Shown: positions 9,304 through 19,204 of the stretch, in pieces | How positions within the stretch are numbered: position 1 is the first letter of the stretch | Layout: each line of letters starts with the position of its first letter | Assembly: GCA_000998135.1 (NCBI GenBank) | Contig: LCCV01000005.1 | Location: forward strand, 157 to 64,156 | Source: Parcubacteria group bacterium GW2011_GWA2_42_14 | GTDB taxonomy: Bacteria; Patescibacteriota; Minisyncoccia; Sungbacterales; GWA2-42-14 | Length of the DNA: 64,000 nt | Direction of reading: 5' to 3' | Position numbers and translations under genes: made by a program | Notes under the pieces: generated by a model | Told to the model about the DNA's origin: nothing | Database searches by the model: none | What the model saw: the letters and a program-made list of their open reading frames with translations, nothing else

Positions 9304-10647
9304 ATGAAACAATCAACAACAACCCCTCCTGACGCCTTGGGGAAAATGACGGCAGAAATAACTGTCATGGCGCCGCAGATGCGCTACTGTCTTTATGCGC
9401 GGAAGAGTACCGCCGAGGAGGACCGGCAGGCTCTTTCCATAGAATCGCAGGTAAAAGAAATGCTTGCGATGGCGGAACGCGAACGACTTCACGTGGTCGA
9501 AGTGAAGCGCGAATCGCACTCATCTAAAGAAGCTGGCCAGCGGCCAATCTTCAATCAGATGATCGCCGAGATCAAAGAGGAAAAGTACAACGGGGTGCTC
9601 GCGTGGGCACCAGACCGGCTTTCGAGAAATGCAGGAGACCTGGGTTCGGTGGTCGATCTGATGGACCAGAAGTTACTGGTTGAGATCAGAACTTACGGCC
9701 AGCGATTTACAAATAACCCGAACGAGAAATTTCTTTTGATGATTCTCGGCTCGCAGGCAAAATTGGAAAACGATCAAAAGGGCGTGAACGTAAAACGCGG
9801 GCTAAGAGCCAGATGCGAGATGGGTCTATGGCCTGCTCCGGCACCAACCGGATACCTCAACGACAAGAGCCGGGACAAAAAATGCCATATCATTATAGAT
9901 CCAAAACGCGGACCGGTTATAAAGCAAATGTATGAAAAAGTTGCGAATGAAAGTTGGAGCGGTAAACGGCTGTATCACTGGCTAAAAGATACAAAATTTA
10001 CATCCGTCTACGGCAAACCACTAACATTGAGTAATGTATATTTGATATTAAAAAATACCTTATATTATGGAGTGTTCGAATATCCGAAAAAAAGCGGAAA
10101 CTTGTACACCGGCATCCATCAGCCGCTTATAACAAAAGAGATTTTTGAAAAAGTGCAAACGCAGATCAAGAGAAGCAAGATCTTAAGCCCTTATGGTGGC
10201 AAGGAATTCGCCTTCACGCGGCTTATCTCATGCGGAAATTGCGGAACGACGCTGGGCGCGGATGAGAAATTGAAGAAACTCAAAAACGGGCACATAAATA
10301 GACATGTGTATTATAGCTGTACGAAACGATGGTCAAGAGATTGCAAAAGCGGATTCATCAACGAGCCCGAATTAATTGGACAGCTTATGGCCATCATCGA
10401 CACGGTTAAACTCGACAAAACCGGCATTAGGGAAAAACTTGATGGCGAGATCAGTCGCTATCGAAAATTCCAATCTGGTGTTCTCGGCATCAAAGAGATA
10501 CACGACCAAAAATCCAAGGACTTGGACATCCGGAATTATGCGAAATACATCTTCAAAGAAGGAGCAATCTATGAAAAACGCGAACTGCTATCGTGCTTGA
10601 GAAGCAAACTGATATTCAAAGATAAAAAACTTTCGCTCGAAGCATAA
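9304..10647 (+). CDS. Large serine recombinase (resolvase + recombinase + Zn ribbon)
   Basis: YARKS catalytic Ser, DRLSRN, APTGY, CGNCG...YYSC zinc ribbon. Confidence 0.95.
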   Translation: MKQSTTTPPDALGKMTAEITVMAPQMRYCLYARKSTAEEDRQALSIESQVKEMLAMAERERLHVVEVKRESHSSKEAGQRPIFNQMIAEIKEEKYNGVLAWAPDRLSRNAGDLGSVVDLMDQKLLVEIRTYGQRFTNNPNEKFLLMILGSQAKLENDQKGVNVKRGLRARCEMGLWPAPAPTGYLNDKSRDKKCHIIIDPKRGPVIKQMYEKVANESWSGKRLYHWLKDTKFTSVYGKPLTLSNVYLILKNTLYYGVFEYPKKSGNLYTGIHQPLITKEIFEKVQTQIKRSKILSPYGGKEFAFTRLISCGNCGTTLGADEKLKKLKNGHINRHVYYSCTKRWSRDCKSGFINEPELIGQLMAIIDTVKLDKTGIREKLDGEISRYRKFQSGVLGIKEIHDQKSKDLDIRNYAKYIFKEGAIYEKRELLSCLRSKLIFKDKKLSLEA

Positions 10648-10694
10648 CCAATCCAAACGAAAAGCCGCCGAATGAGGGGAGTTTTTATCCGAAT

Positions 10695-13600
10695 CTACTT
10701 TTTATGAGGGGGCAAAACATTAGTATAAGTTTTTCCAACCAATTTGCCATCTACTTTCATCCTAAACGCACCACCCATTTCCAATCTCCCAAGGAAACCT
10801 TCTCCACTACCCATAGTTCCTAGTAAGAGTTTTTCTCCAATAACCGCCCAAATTATCTCGTAGCCATTCTTTTTTAGAAACTCAATCAAGGGTTTCTTTT
10901 TGATAATCAACGCTCCCGAACCTGCATCAGCCACTGAAGGGTCTTGTGCCACCACCTCACCTTTTTTATTGATGAATTTACCAGACTCTTTGCTCTGGTG
11001 AATATTCATCCCCTTAATTAACTCCTTTGCTGGTATGTGAATGGCTAACCCCTCTTCTAGTGAGCAATCAAAGCCGCTTCCTTCCCAATGGTATTCTTCT
11101 GTAGTCTTAATTACATTAAATGGCGTAATCTTTCGTTCCTTATCCTCAACTTTTATCCAACGCTTTTTATTGGAGACATTGTACTCGTTTTGGTATGCAA
11201 TAGAGTTTGGAATTTCTCTTAGAAAGAGACTACGCAACTCCAGCGGGTCAGGCATCCATCTACCCATAAAATCTTGTTTCTTTGCCCAGGCGAACATCCT
11301 ATTAACTTCTTTTTTCTTAACAATGTAACTACGCAATATATACCAAACATCACGCCTGATTTTATCGAATTTCTCCTCACCAGGAACGGGAGGCTGTTCC
11401 CACCGTACATAACCGTCCAAAAGCAACCATCCGCCTTTCGATTTAATTTCTATTAGATTTTTTTGAGTTGGTAAATCATTTTTAACTTTTGTCCATTGAG
11501 TATGGTTAAGTGAGGGACGCCAATGCTTATAAACAGCACTAATCCACCAGGGTTTTTTTGCCGATGAATCAATCGGGGTCTTATGCAAAAGACAAGATGG
11601 GTCAATGTCCCGCTCACACATTTGCCAAGTCCCCTGGTAGGGTTCAAAGGTGTCTCTCCAAGCACCTCTATAGACAAAGTTATCAGCAATTCTTCCCAAT
11701 ACCTCGTGGAAAGCTATCCATTGATACTTTTTACCAATACGCTCGCTTTTATGAGCATCTCTACCCATTTCTCTAACTGTTGAATCATATTTGGCAAATA
11801 GCTTCGGTCTCCAACCTAATTGGACGATTCTTTGAAATATGAGTCGTTGAATCTCTGCATCATTCAAGTCATCACTACCTTTAGGATTTTCACGATAAGG
11901 GAGAACACCTTTCTTGTATAGTTTTTGTTGCACATCGCTTAAAGTCTCAATAAAAACTTTCTCAAGATTTTTAACAAAAGTTTCCGCTTCTTTCAGCTGC
12001 TCTTTCATGAACTTATTTTCTGGTAATTGGTCTCCTTCTCTTCTTGGAAAATCTGTCATCCTTAATTGCCAGTCAGTGGATTGACGCATACTTTCAATTT
12101 TTTTCCACCTCTTTTTTTCTATTCGATTTAGACTGGTATTAAATTCCGCATCTATTTCCTTAATGGTTTTCTTTCTTTTTCCATTTTTTGATAATCTCAA
12201 GTTGCACCAATGGTTTAGAGTTGAACCCACAACATAATTCCCGAAGTCAGCAATACCTCCTTCATTGTTATACATCAATGAATACCAGATAGCGCCGTAG
12301 TCTCCATTTTTCCTTTTGCGACCACTTCCTTTTGGATACTTTTTCTTTAAATCGGCTAGAGTTGGCACTACTGTTGGAAATGAACTCCCGTATGGTGGTC
12401 TGATTCTTCGTATATCAATCTTATTTTTTAGTGTAGCATCCTGGGAAATCGCAAGCTCCATAATGCCGCGCGCATAGTCTCGTAATAAAATATGAGTGGG
12501 CGGCTTTCTGTCTTTGAAAATATTATTGTATGTGTAAAGTGCAAGCGTAGAAACATCCTCTCTTTTGTTTTCAGGCTGCAAAACACAACCGTAAGCTGCT
12601 GCATAAAGTCGTTCTTGTATGTAGGGGTCATCAACTCCTTTAAAGTCCTCTAACACCTTCAAAAGCACGGGGATTCTCCCGTTCAGCATTGATACCAACG
12701 CTTTCGTTGCTCTATCCCTCAAGAATCTATTTGAACTCGCTAAAAACCAAGCCAAAGTAACGCCAGCTAATCTCAACGAATCATTTTGTATCGTGCTTTT
12801 GTCTCCTCCGTCCCACGACCAAGTAAGAAGACGATTTATTGCGCCCTCATCACCATATCGGCTATTTATAAAAGGCAACCAAAACGCATCGCGTTGCGGC
12901 ATTTTCTTTTTTGCCAAATGCCTATGAAGTAACTTTGCATTTAACGGGTGGCTGGGTATGGCAGAAACAGTGATTAAGGTCTCCAAAATTTTTTCGTTGC
13001 CACCGTAATAAGGCAAGATGTATTTATTCAAATAATTTAAAATCCGTCTCTGGTTGATGTATTTTGTTTTCCCTTTTTTTAGCGATAAATCTCTCCAAAT
13101 GAGGCTTTCTAAAAAACTATCTTTCGCAATCTCTTGATAACGAAACTTATTTGGAGCCACATAAACTAATTCTCTACCGCGCAATCTCTCTGGCACTTGG
13201 ATGGATAAAGCCTCAATAAGTCCGCGGTTCCATTGTTCGCCGATAATATTGCCCAACCTTGTTCCTTTTTTTAACGACTGTTTTGGAAGAGTTGTGTTTA
13301 AATGTTTTGTTAAAAGATTCCTTACAATTAGATGGTCGCTGAATTTCTGATATGGAAATCTATAATCAAAGCCGATAATCTTATACTTTTTATAACGAGG
13401 AACTTTAGTTATTAACCAATATTTCTCTAAAAACCACAACACCTTTTTTCCTTTAGATGGGAACTGTTTTGCGGCAATTGATACCGCTTGCTTTTCTGGT
13501 ATCCTGTCAGTTCCATTTTCGCCCATATAAAGTGCGAGTTCTTTTATAGTTCCGTTCCAAATTCTTCTAACGCTTTCTCCTGATTCTCCTAATTTTTTTA

Positions 13601-14810
13601 GAACTGCATCGCCTTGAGTAATAACATATTTCTCGAAGATGTGAGTAAATCCTCGATGCCCCTTTATTGGCTCTGGTGATTTGGCAGATGCCTCACAAAA
13701 AATTTTCAAAAATAGAGGTATACGAAATTCTGGAAATAGGATAGGTACTTCGGGAAGGGGCAGTTTATATTCTGTAAAAAATTTTGTTAAAGCCTCCCAT
13801 TCGTGAGTGGCAAAACCCTCGTGTTCGACTCTTACATAACTTTTTAGTACAGATAGCGGGAGTTCACTCTGCTCAAAACCAGAACGAATACTCAAAATTA
13901 CACCAAGATTTTTGTACCTACTAATTAAATTAAATTGTTCCCAATGAACACCGAATACCTGGCTTTCATTTACGGCATCAACCACAATAATTGCCCTCGT
14001 GCGTTTTGCACCAGCGTAATCATTTAGAGCTTGGATGAATGTTTTATTTGATGTATTTATTGCTAACAGATTTTTAGCCGTACCCCACGGATTTTTAGAG
14101 TTATTAAATTCTTCACCAAGAAATATGAAAGTGGGTAACCCGTGGCTTATCCTGTATTTTGATAGGTCGCATAGAAAATGAGTCTTTCCTGAACCAGCTA
14201 TGCCGTTTAAAAGAACGCGGGGATTATTGGCAGCCAAAGCTGTATTACTTTTTGAGAAATCTATTAAGGAACTTAAAACACTGCCAATTTTGTATAAGTG
14301 ATGTTTTTCGTTTCTAAACTTTTCGTCCTCAATATATGTTATTCTCTCTCCCTTTTTCGGCTTGTTAATCGGATTTTCTTGTTCTTTTTTCTTTCTATTC
14401 TCCTCTTCGTTTTCTCGTAATAAGTGTGTACATTTATAGGCGGCTTCTTTTGCATTGTTGCTTATCGAATATATTTTCTTAAAATCTATTTTCGCTACGC
14501 CGCTATGCGGAATTTTCAATAAAAAGTTCACCACTTCTAGAAAGTGGCGTTTTACTTTTTCAAATTCTTTTGGAGCTACCTTGCTCACTTCTTCGTCTTT
14601 GATGCTCCTAAGATTTTTGATTATCTCATTAGCTGGGCTTTTTAATTCCTCATAAAACTTCGCTGTTCTTCCGAGACCATCGAATACTGAAGCAATGCTT
14701 ACCTCGACATTGAGTTTTGGAGTATATCTAGCTCCAGCAAGAGAGATAGCAACAGAAAGTCGTTTCTCTTGTGTGCTTTTATAGAGTTTTTTTTGTGAGA
14801 TTTTTTTCAT
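10695..14810 (-). CDS. avs2: Avs2-like (AVAST type II) STAND NTPase antiphage protein
   Basis: Walker A GIAGSGKT, Walker B IIVVDAVNE, PLFL, RDRATKAL, ERIGKKYQWIA and RDIDPS motifs recalled from Avs2-type proteins. Confidence 0.75.
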   Translation of the reverse strand: MKKISQKKLYKSTQEKRLSVAISLAGARYTPKLNVEVSIASVFDGLGRTAKFYEELKSPANEIIKNLRSIKDEEVSKVAPKEFEKVKRHFLEVVNFLLKIPHSGVAKIDFKKIYSISNNAKEAAYKCTHLLRENEEENRKKKEQENPINKPKKGERITYIEDEKFRNEKHHLYKIGSVLSSLIDFSKSNTALAANNPRVLLNGIAGSGKTHFLCDLSKYRISHGLPTFIFLGEEFNNSKNPWGTAKNLLAINTSNKTFIQALNDYAGAKRTRAIIVVDAVNESQVFGVHWEQFNLISRYKNLGVILSIRSGFEQSELPLSVLKSYVRVEHEGFATHEWEALTKFFTEYKLPLPEVPILFPEFRIPLFLKIFCEASAKSPEPIKGHRGFTHIFEKYVITQGDAVLKKLGESGESVRRIWNGTIKELALYMGENGTDRIPEKQAVSIAAKQFPSKGKKVLWFLEKYWLITKVPRYKKYKIIGFDYRFPYQKFSDHLIVRNLLTKHLNTTLPKQSLKKGTRLGNIIGEQWNRGLIEALSIQVPERLRGRELVYVAPNKFRYQEIAKDSFLESLIWRDLSLKKGKTKYINQRRILNYLNKYILPYYGGNEKILETLITVSAIPSHPLNAKLLHRHLAKKKMPQRDAFWLPFINSRYGDEGAINRLLTWSWDGGDKSTIQNDSLRLAGVTLAWFLASSNRFLRDRATKALVSMLNGRIPVLLKVLEDFKGVDDPYIQERLYAAAYGCVLQPENKREDVSTLALYTYNNIFKDRKPPTHILLRDYARGIMELAISQDATLKNKIDIRRIRPPYGSSFPTVVPTLADLKKKYPKGSGRKRKNGDYGAIWYSLMYNNEGGIADFGNYVVGSTLNHWCNLRLSKNGKRKKTIKEIDAEFNTSLNRIEKKRWKKIESMRQSTDWQLRMTDFPRREGDQLPENKFMKEQLKEAETFVKNLEKVFIETLSDVQQKLYKKGVLPYRENPKGSDDLNDAEIQRLIFQRIVQLGWRPKLFAKYDSTVREMGRDAHKSERIGKKYQWIAFHEVLGRIADNFVYRGAWRDTFEPYQGTWQMCERDIDPSCLLHKTPIDSSAKKPWWISAVYKHWRPSLNHTQWTKVKNDLPTQKNLIEIKSKGGWLLLDGYVRWEQPPVPGEEKFDKIRRDVWYILRSYIVKKKEVNRMFAWAKKQDFMGRWMPDPLELRSLFLREIPNSIAYQNEYNVSNKKRWIKVEDKERKITPFNVIKTTEEYHWEGSGFDCSLEEGLAIHIPAKELIKGMNIHQSKESGKFINKKGEVVAQDPSVADAGSGALIIKKKPLIEFLKKNGYEIIWAVIGEKLLLGTMGSGEGFLGRLEMGGAFRMKVDGKLVGKTYTNVLPPHKK

Positions 14811-14898
14811 AGTTTTATTATACAGCGCGCTCGACAAATATCCAATAAACCTTATTCACAAAAACGAAAAGCCGCTGATTTCTCAGCGGACTTTTCGT

Positions 14899-14954
14899 TC
14901 TTGAATACGGCGCTCCCTCCTTCGCTAAAGCTACGGCGGGCACAGCAGCCGGTA
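14899..14954 (+). repeat. Direct repeat copy 1 (TCTTGAATACGGCGCTCC...CGGGCACAGCAGCCGGTA)
   Basis: Two 18-nt arms identical to copy at 16204-16257, different internal hairpin. Confidence 0.85.
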
Positions 14955-15093
14955 CTGCAGCTTTATCGGGGTTATTCACTAAATACTCAATTTTTAAAGG
15001 GTTACTTTTTGACCGATCTTTTTGATTTGACTTTTAAATCGCAATCTCATATAATCTAATATATCAACTATATAAGATTCGATAAGCTAAATT

Positions 15094-16146
15094 ATGAACC
15101 GGCTTAATACACGTATCAAAAAACTCCCCTACTCTATACTTGATCTTATCAATAAGATCGATGAACTGAAAGGCCAATGGGTGGGAGGTGCTAAATTAAA
15201 TCCACAAGCGCTCGGGCGGCTCAAGCATTCAACCTTGATTACATCAACGGGTGCTTCGACACGCATCGAGGGCGCACAGCTTTCCGATGAGGATGTGGAA
15301 AAACTGATGCGAGGACTTTCCATGCAAAAATTCGCCGACCGCGACAAGCAGGAGGCGAAAGGATATTACGAGTTGCTTGAAAATGTTTTTGCCGCATGGC
15401 AGAAGATACCGTTTTCTGAAAGTACCATCAAGCATCTGCACCGTGAACTGCTGAAATACGTAAAAAAAGATGATACCCATCGCGGAGAATATAAAAAGAT
15501 GGAAAACAAGGTAGTAATGCTCGATGAGGCCGGTAAACCGACTGCAACCCTTTTTGAGACAACGCCGACATATCTTACGCCAAAGGAAATGTTGGAACTT
15601 AGCGAATGGACCCGCGATGCACTGGCTATACGCGAATTCCATCCTCTGCTTGTCATCGGAAATTTTATCGTAGAGTTTCTGAACATCCACCCATTTCAGG
15701 ATGGCAACGGGCGGCTTTCCCGAATTCTGACAAATCTTCTCTTGCTCCAGCACGGATACACATATATGCCGTATGTCTCTCATGAAAAACTTATTGAAGA
15801 TAATAAGGCAGACTACTATGTAGTACTACGCAGAAGCCAGAAAACGTTTAAGACCGATTCCGAAAATGTGTCTCCCTGGATGGAGTTCTTCTTGAACATT
15901 CTTTTGTCACAGTCAAAACTCGCGATTGAGCTGCTTTCGCAAGAAAACATAGAACGCCTTCTTTCGCCGAAACAGCTTGCTGTATGGCAATACGTTGAAG
16001 GCGTTATTGAGGCAACACCGGGAAAAATCTCTAAAGCCACAAAGGTCGCCCGCCCAACGGTTTCCCAAGCGCTTGACGCACTCCTGCGCCTTAAAAAAGT
16101 GGAACGGATCGGGCAGGGGCGGACAACGAGATATAGAAAGATCTGA
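15094..16146 (+). CDS. Fic family protein with C-terminal HTH
   Basis: HPFQDGNGRLSR Fic motif; STRIEG inhibitory motif; C-terminal wHTH. Confidence 0.95.
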   Translation: MNRLNTRIKKLPYSILDLINKIDELKGQWVGGAKLNPQALGRLKHSTLITSTGASTRIEGAQLSDEDVEKLMRGLSMQKFADRDKQEAKGYYELLENVFAAWQKIPFSESTIKHLHRELLKYVKKDDTHRGEYKKMENKVVMLDEAGKPTATLFETTPTYLTPKEMLELSEWTRDALAIREFHPLLVIGNFIVEFLNIHPFQDGNGRLSRILTNLLLLQHGYTYMPYVSHEKLIEDNKADYYVVLRRSQKTFKTDSENVSPWMEFFLNILLSQSKLAIELLSQENIERLLSPKQLAVWQYVEGVIEATPGKISKATKVARPTVSQALDALLRLKKVERIGQGRTTRYRKI

Positions 16147-16203
16147 AGTCTTTCCCGGCAGATGCGGAAACAAAAATTCACCCGGAAATGGGTGAATTTT
16201 TGC

Positions 16204-16257
16204 TCTTGAATACGGCGCTCCTCCGCACAAGGCTGCGGACGGGCACAGCAGCCGGTA
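16204..16257 (+). repeat. Direct repeat copy 2
   Basis: See 14899-14954; both copies follow a terminator-like hairpin. Confidence 0.85.
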
Positions 16258-16408
16258 TGACGTGGACTGTAACGAGTTTTCTTTGTAACTCCCCTGAGGC
16301 CCGAAACACTAGCTTTTTTAATGAGCGGTTCGAATCCGTGACGGGTCGAACTTTGACTCATTCAAAAAAGTGACGTGTTATGGGTCTCGGTAGGGGGTCG
16401 CAAGGACA

Positions 16409-16479
16409 CTGGGGGACAGGGATTCGAACCCCGATACCTGCCTCCAAAGGGCAGTGTCCTACCGTTAGACGATCCCCCA
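16409..16479 (-). tRNA. tRNA-Gln (TTG)
   Basis: Reverse complement TGGGGGATCGTCTAACGGTAGGACACTGCCCTTTGGAGGCAGGTATCGGGGTTCGAATCCCTGTCCCCCAG folds to a cloverleaf, anticodon TTG, no encoded CCA. Confidence 0.95.
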
Positions 16480-16484
16480 ATAAC

Positions 16485-16817
16485 TTATTTTTTTAACCGT
16501 GCGGCAAGTGCGAATTGAAAAAAATATTTATCCAGGTCTTCAAATGTGCTTCCGTATTCTTTGCCACCATACATTGCGTCAACCACCATTTCTTTAGCGC
16601 GAAGAATTTCTTTAAGACGCCCTTTCCACCGAGGATCTTTGATGGTTAAATCCATAAGTTCGAGGGCGCGTTCCAGCGATTTTTCATATGCTCTTTTGTT
16701 CTCTTTTCGGATAAGCGCACGATGAATTTCACTCCCAACATTGCCTAACTGTTCTAAAAGTGAAAAATTTTGCCATCCGTCTTCAGCAATTGTTTTATGT
16801 TGAATTTCCGCAGTCAT
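16485..16817 (-). CDS. Conserved hypothetical protein
   Basis: 110 aa, EQLGNVGSE motif; operonic with DUF5674 gene. Confidence 0.7.
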   Translation of the reverse strand: MTAEIQHKTIAEDGWQNFSLLEQLGNVGSEIHRALIRKENKRAYEKSLERALELMDLTIKDPRWKGRLKEILRAKEMVVDAMYGGKEYGSTFEDLDKYFFQFALAARLKK

Positions 16818-16823
16818 TTTTTA

Positions 16824-17183
16824 TCAAGATTGATTTTGTGTATAAATTAGACCGTTTACAATATCCCTTATCTTCTGTCTTATTTCCTGGTTTTCAACGC
16901 TTCTTGAACGATTTCCCCGCGATGGACGAACATTTATCATGGAATCAAATTCAATCCAAGCGTCATGCGCTGTGTCTAAACGCAAATTAATGCCCCAAAT
17001 ATTTTCTTGTTCAGAACCGTTTTCCAAAAGAACTTTTTCTTCGTCAGCATGCAATTCCCCTCCTATGGCCATAAGATTGTTTTCAATATCCACAGCCGCT
17101 TTTACCATGTCGCCAAACTGATTTCTTGCAATTTCTTCTATTGTTTTTTTTGAAATCGGCTCTTTTATAATCTGTATTGCCAT
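16824..17183 (-). CDS. DUF5674 family protein
   Basis: KAAVDI...GGELHADEE...LLENGS..ENIWG...SMINVRP. Confidence 0.8.
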   Translation of the reverse strand: MAIQIIKEPISKKTIEEIARNQFGDMVKAAVDIENNLMAIGGELHADEEKVLLENGSEQENIWGINLRLDTAHDAWIEFDSMINVRPSRGNRSRSVENQEIRQKIRDIVNGLIYTQNQS

Positions 17184-17187
17184 AACG

Positions 17188-17886
17188 TTAAAGTTTAAAA
17201 ATTACGTCTTTACGCTCAACAATTATTTCCCATTTATGTTTTTTGGCGTGATTATAAAGTTTTATATTAGGATTAAAGGCGATGGGGCGCCGAACCATTT
17301 TTAAAAACGGAATATCGGAATCCGTATCCCCCACTCCGACGGACTCTTTAAGGGTCAGGCGTTCCTTATCTATGGCTCGCTTTAAAATTTTACCTTTGCG
17401 GTCAATTAAATCCTTATATAAAATTCCGCCGGTAAAACATTCTTTTTTGTCAATTTCAAACAAACGGCCGTAAACCTTATGAAAACCGAAAGCGCGGGCA
17501 AACGGGTCAACAATGTCAAAAGGAGAGCCGGAAATCGCGAGCATATAATAATTTTTTACTTCAAGCTCGCGCGCCAAATCGCGGGTAAATTTATAAACGC
17601 GGTTTTGATGAAAATCCATCACATGACGCGCCATATCCCAAACCACATGCTGTTTTACCCCCTTTATATATTTTTCGTAAGCGGCTATAACCCCCGAAAG
17701 ATATTCCTCATAAGACCCCCTGCGGTCAAGCCAGTTTAAGTAAGCGTGCGCGTAATACTCTTTGGCTTTCCGGGGAAATACTCCGGAGGAAATCAAATTT
17801 TCCAGAAGTTCACGGAGTAAACTGGAACGGAATATGGTGCCGTCGATGTCAAATACTGCTACTTTTCTTAATGGCTTATTCTTCAT
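17188..17886 (-). CDS. HAD-IB (SerB-like) hydrolase
   Basis: FDIDGT, ISGS, GDTDSD, AFNP motifs. Confidence 0.9.
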   Translation of the reverse strand: MKNKPLRKVAVFDIDGTIFRSSLLRELLENLISSGVFPRKAKEYYAHAYLNWLDRRGSYEEYLSGVIAAYEKYIKGVKQHVVWDMARHVMDFHQNRVYKFTRDLARELEVKNYYMLAISGSPFDIVDPFARAFGFHKVYGRLFEIDKKECFTGGILYKDLIDRKGKILKRAIDKERLTLKESVGVGDTDSDIPFLKMVRRPIAFNPNIKLYNHAKKHKWEIIVERKDVIFKL

Positions 17887-17969
17887 GCAAAAACAATAAA
17901 TTTCTATAAATTTCCATCAATTTCAATGAGTTTCAGAAATTAATAGAAACTGATAGAAACTTTTTGAAA

Positions 17970-19151
17970 TTAGTTGTTGGTTGTTGGTTGTTGGTTGTTG
18001 GTAAGCTCATATACCGCCATCTCGAGCGGTAATTGCGGAATCGGAGATTTTTTGAGCAATTCCCGTGTTTCCAAAAACATTCTGATGCCGTTGGTTAATC
18101 GTTCATTGGAAAACAAAGCAAGGCGGGATTTTAAAAAATTCAAATCATCCTGTGTTTCTTCTTCAAGAAGAATCGTTTCAAGTTCCATGTCGGTTTTTAA
18201 CAGCATGGAATTTCTAAAATATCTGAGCAAAATTTTGACGATATACTGCGTATCATATCCTTCTTTTGTCATTTCGGAAATCAAAGAAAGGGCCCTGCCT
18301 TTTTCATTGGAAGCCAAGCATGAAAAAAAATCGCGGATATATTCTTTTTTAGGAAGGCCGAGCGTTTTATAAATCGCTTCGGCCGTAATGTTTTCGTCAG
18401 CCACGGCCAAAATTCTTCCGAGAACGCTTTCGGCATCTCTCATTGAACCCTCGGCAATAAGCGCTATGGTTTCCAGCGCCCCATCTTCAAAATTAATTCT
18501 TTCCATGCCGCAAATTTTGACAAGCTTGTTTTTGATGTCTTTGCCGGATGGCCGTCTGAAATCAAATTGCTGGGTTCGGGAAGTAATCGTAGCAGGAACC
18601 TTATCAAGCTCGGTTGTGGCCAAAATAAAGATAGCATGCTCCGGCGGCTCTTCCAGGGTTTTTAAAAGGGCGTTGAAGGCGTCTTTGGTTAATTGATGGC
18701 ATTCGTCAATTACATAAACCTTGTATTTTCCCCTGGATGGAACGAATCTTATTGACTCTCTTAATTCGCGAACTTCATCTATGCCTCGGTTGGAAGCGGC
18801 GTCAATTTCAATAAGGTTGAAAGAAGAGCCGGCATTAAACTCACTGCAGGATTCACAAATGTTGCATGGTATTTTTCCCTCAAAAACGCCGCTTGCCAAT
18901 GGATTCTCTTTTAAAATACTTGTCAACGATTTACCCGTACTATTATTTGCCTCACAATTAACGGATTTGGCGACTAATCTGGCAATGGTTGTTTTTCCTA
19001 CCCCCCTCGGCCCGGAAAATAAATAAGCATGGGCAATACGCCCCTGTTTTAGAGAATTATTCAGAACCCTAACAACTTGTTCTTGCCCTATTATTTCTTC
19101 AAAGCTTTGAGGACGGTATTTGCGATATAAAACCTGATGATGTTTAGCCAT
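17970..19151 (-). CDS. dnaX: DNA polymerase III subunit gamma/tau
   Basis: YRKYRP, GPRGVGKTT, EIDAASNRG, DECH, NALLKTLEEPP. Confidence 0.97.
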   Translation of the reverse strand: MAKHHQVLYRKYRPQSFEEIIGQEQVVRVLNNSLKQGRIAHAYLFSGPRGVGKTTIARLVAKSVNCEANNSTGKSLTSILKENPLASGVFEGKIPCNICESCSEFNAGSSFNLIEIDAASNRGIDEVRELRESIRFVPSRGKYKVYVIDECHQLTKDAFNALLKTLEEPPEHAIFILATTELDKVPATITSRTQQFDFRRPSGKDIKNKLVKICGMERINFEDGALETIALIAEGSMRDAESVLGRILAVADENITAEAIYKTLGLPKKEYIRDFFSCLASNEKGRALSLISEMTKEGYDTQYIVKILLRYFRNSMLLKTDMELETILLEEETQDDLNFLKSRLALFSNERLTNGIRMFLETRELLKKSPIPQLPLEMAVYELTNNQQPTTNN

Positions 19152-19204
19152 AACAATAACTACTCTATCACAAAACTAAAAATAAAAAAAGGCTAAAAAG
19201 CCTT

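Larger units (their letters stand above)
1..16408. mobile_element. Defence/genomic island adjacent to tRNA-Gln 3' end (left border outside the window)
   Basis: Serine recombinase, RM genes, Avs2, Fic clustered immediately 3' of the tRNA. Confidence 0.7.

Noticed and set aside
9304-10647. Serine recombinase as the enzyme for the secA array
   Set aside because: It lies about 24-31 kb away inside a separate tRNA-linked island; nothing in the sequence links it to the secA motif, though action in trans is not excluded.
16325-16340. GGTTCGAATCC T-loop-like sequence on + strand
   Set aside because: No acceptor, D or anticodon arms can be folded upstream; not a tRNA and not a copy of the tRNA-Gln 3' end.
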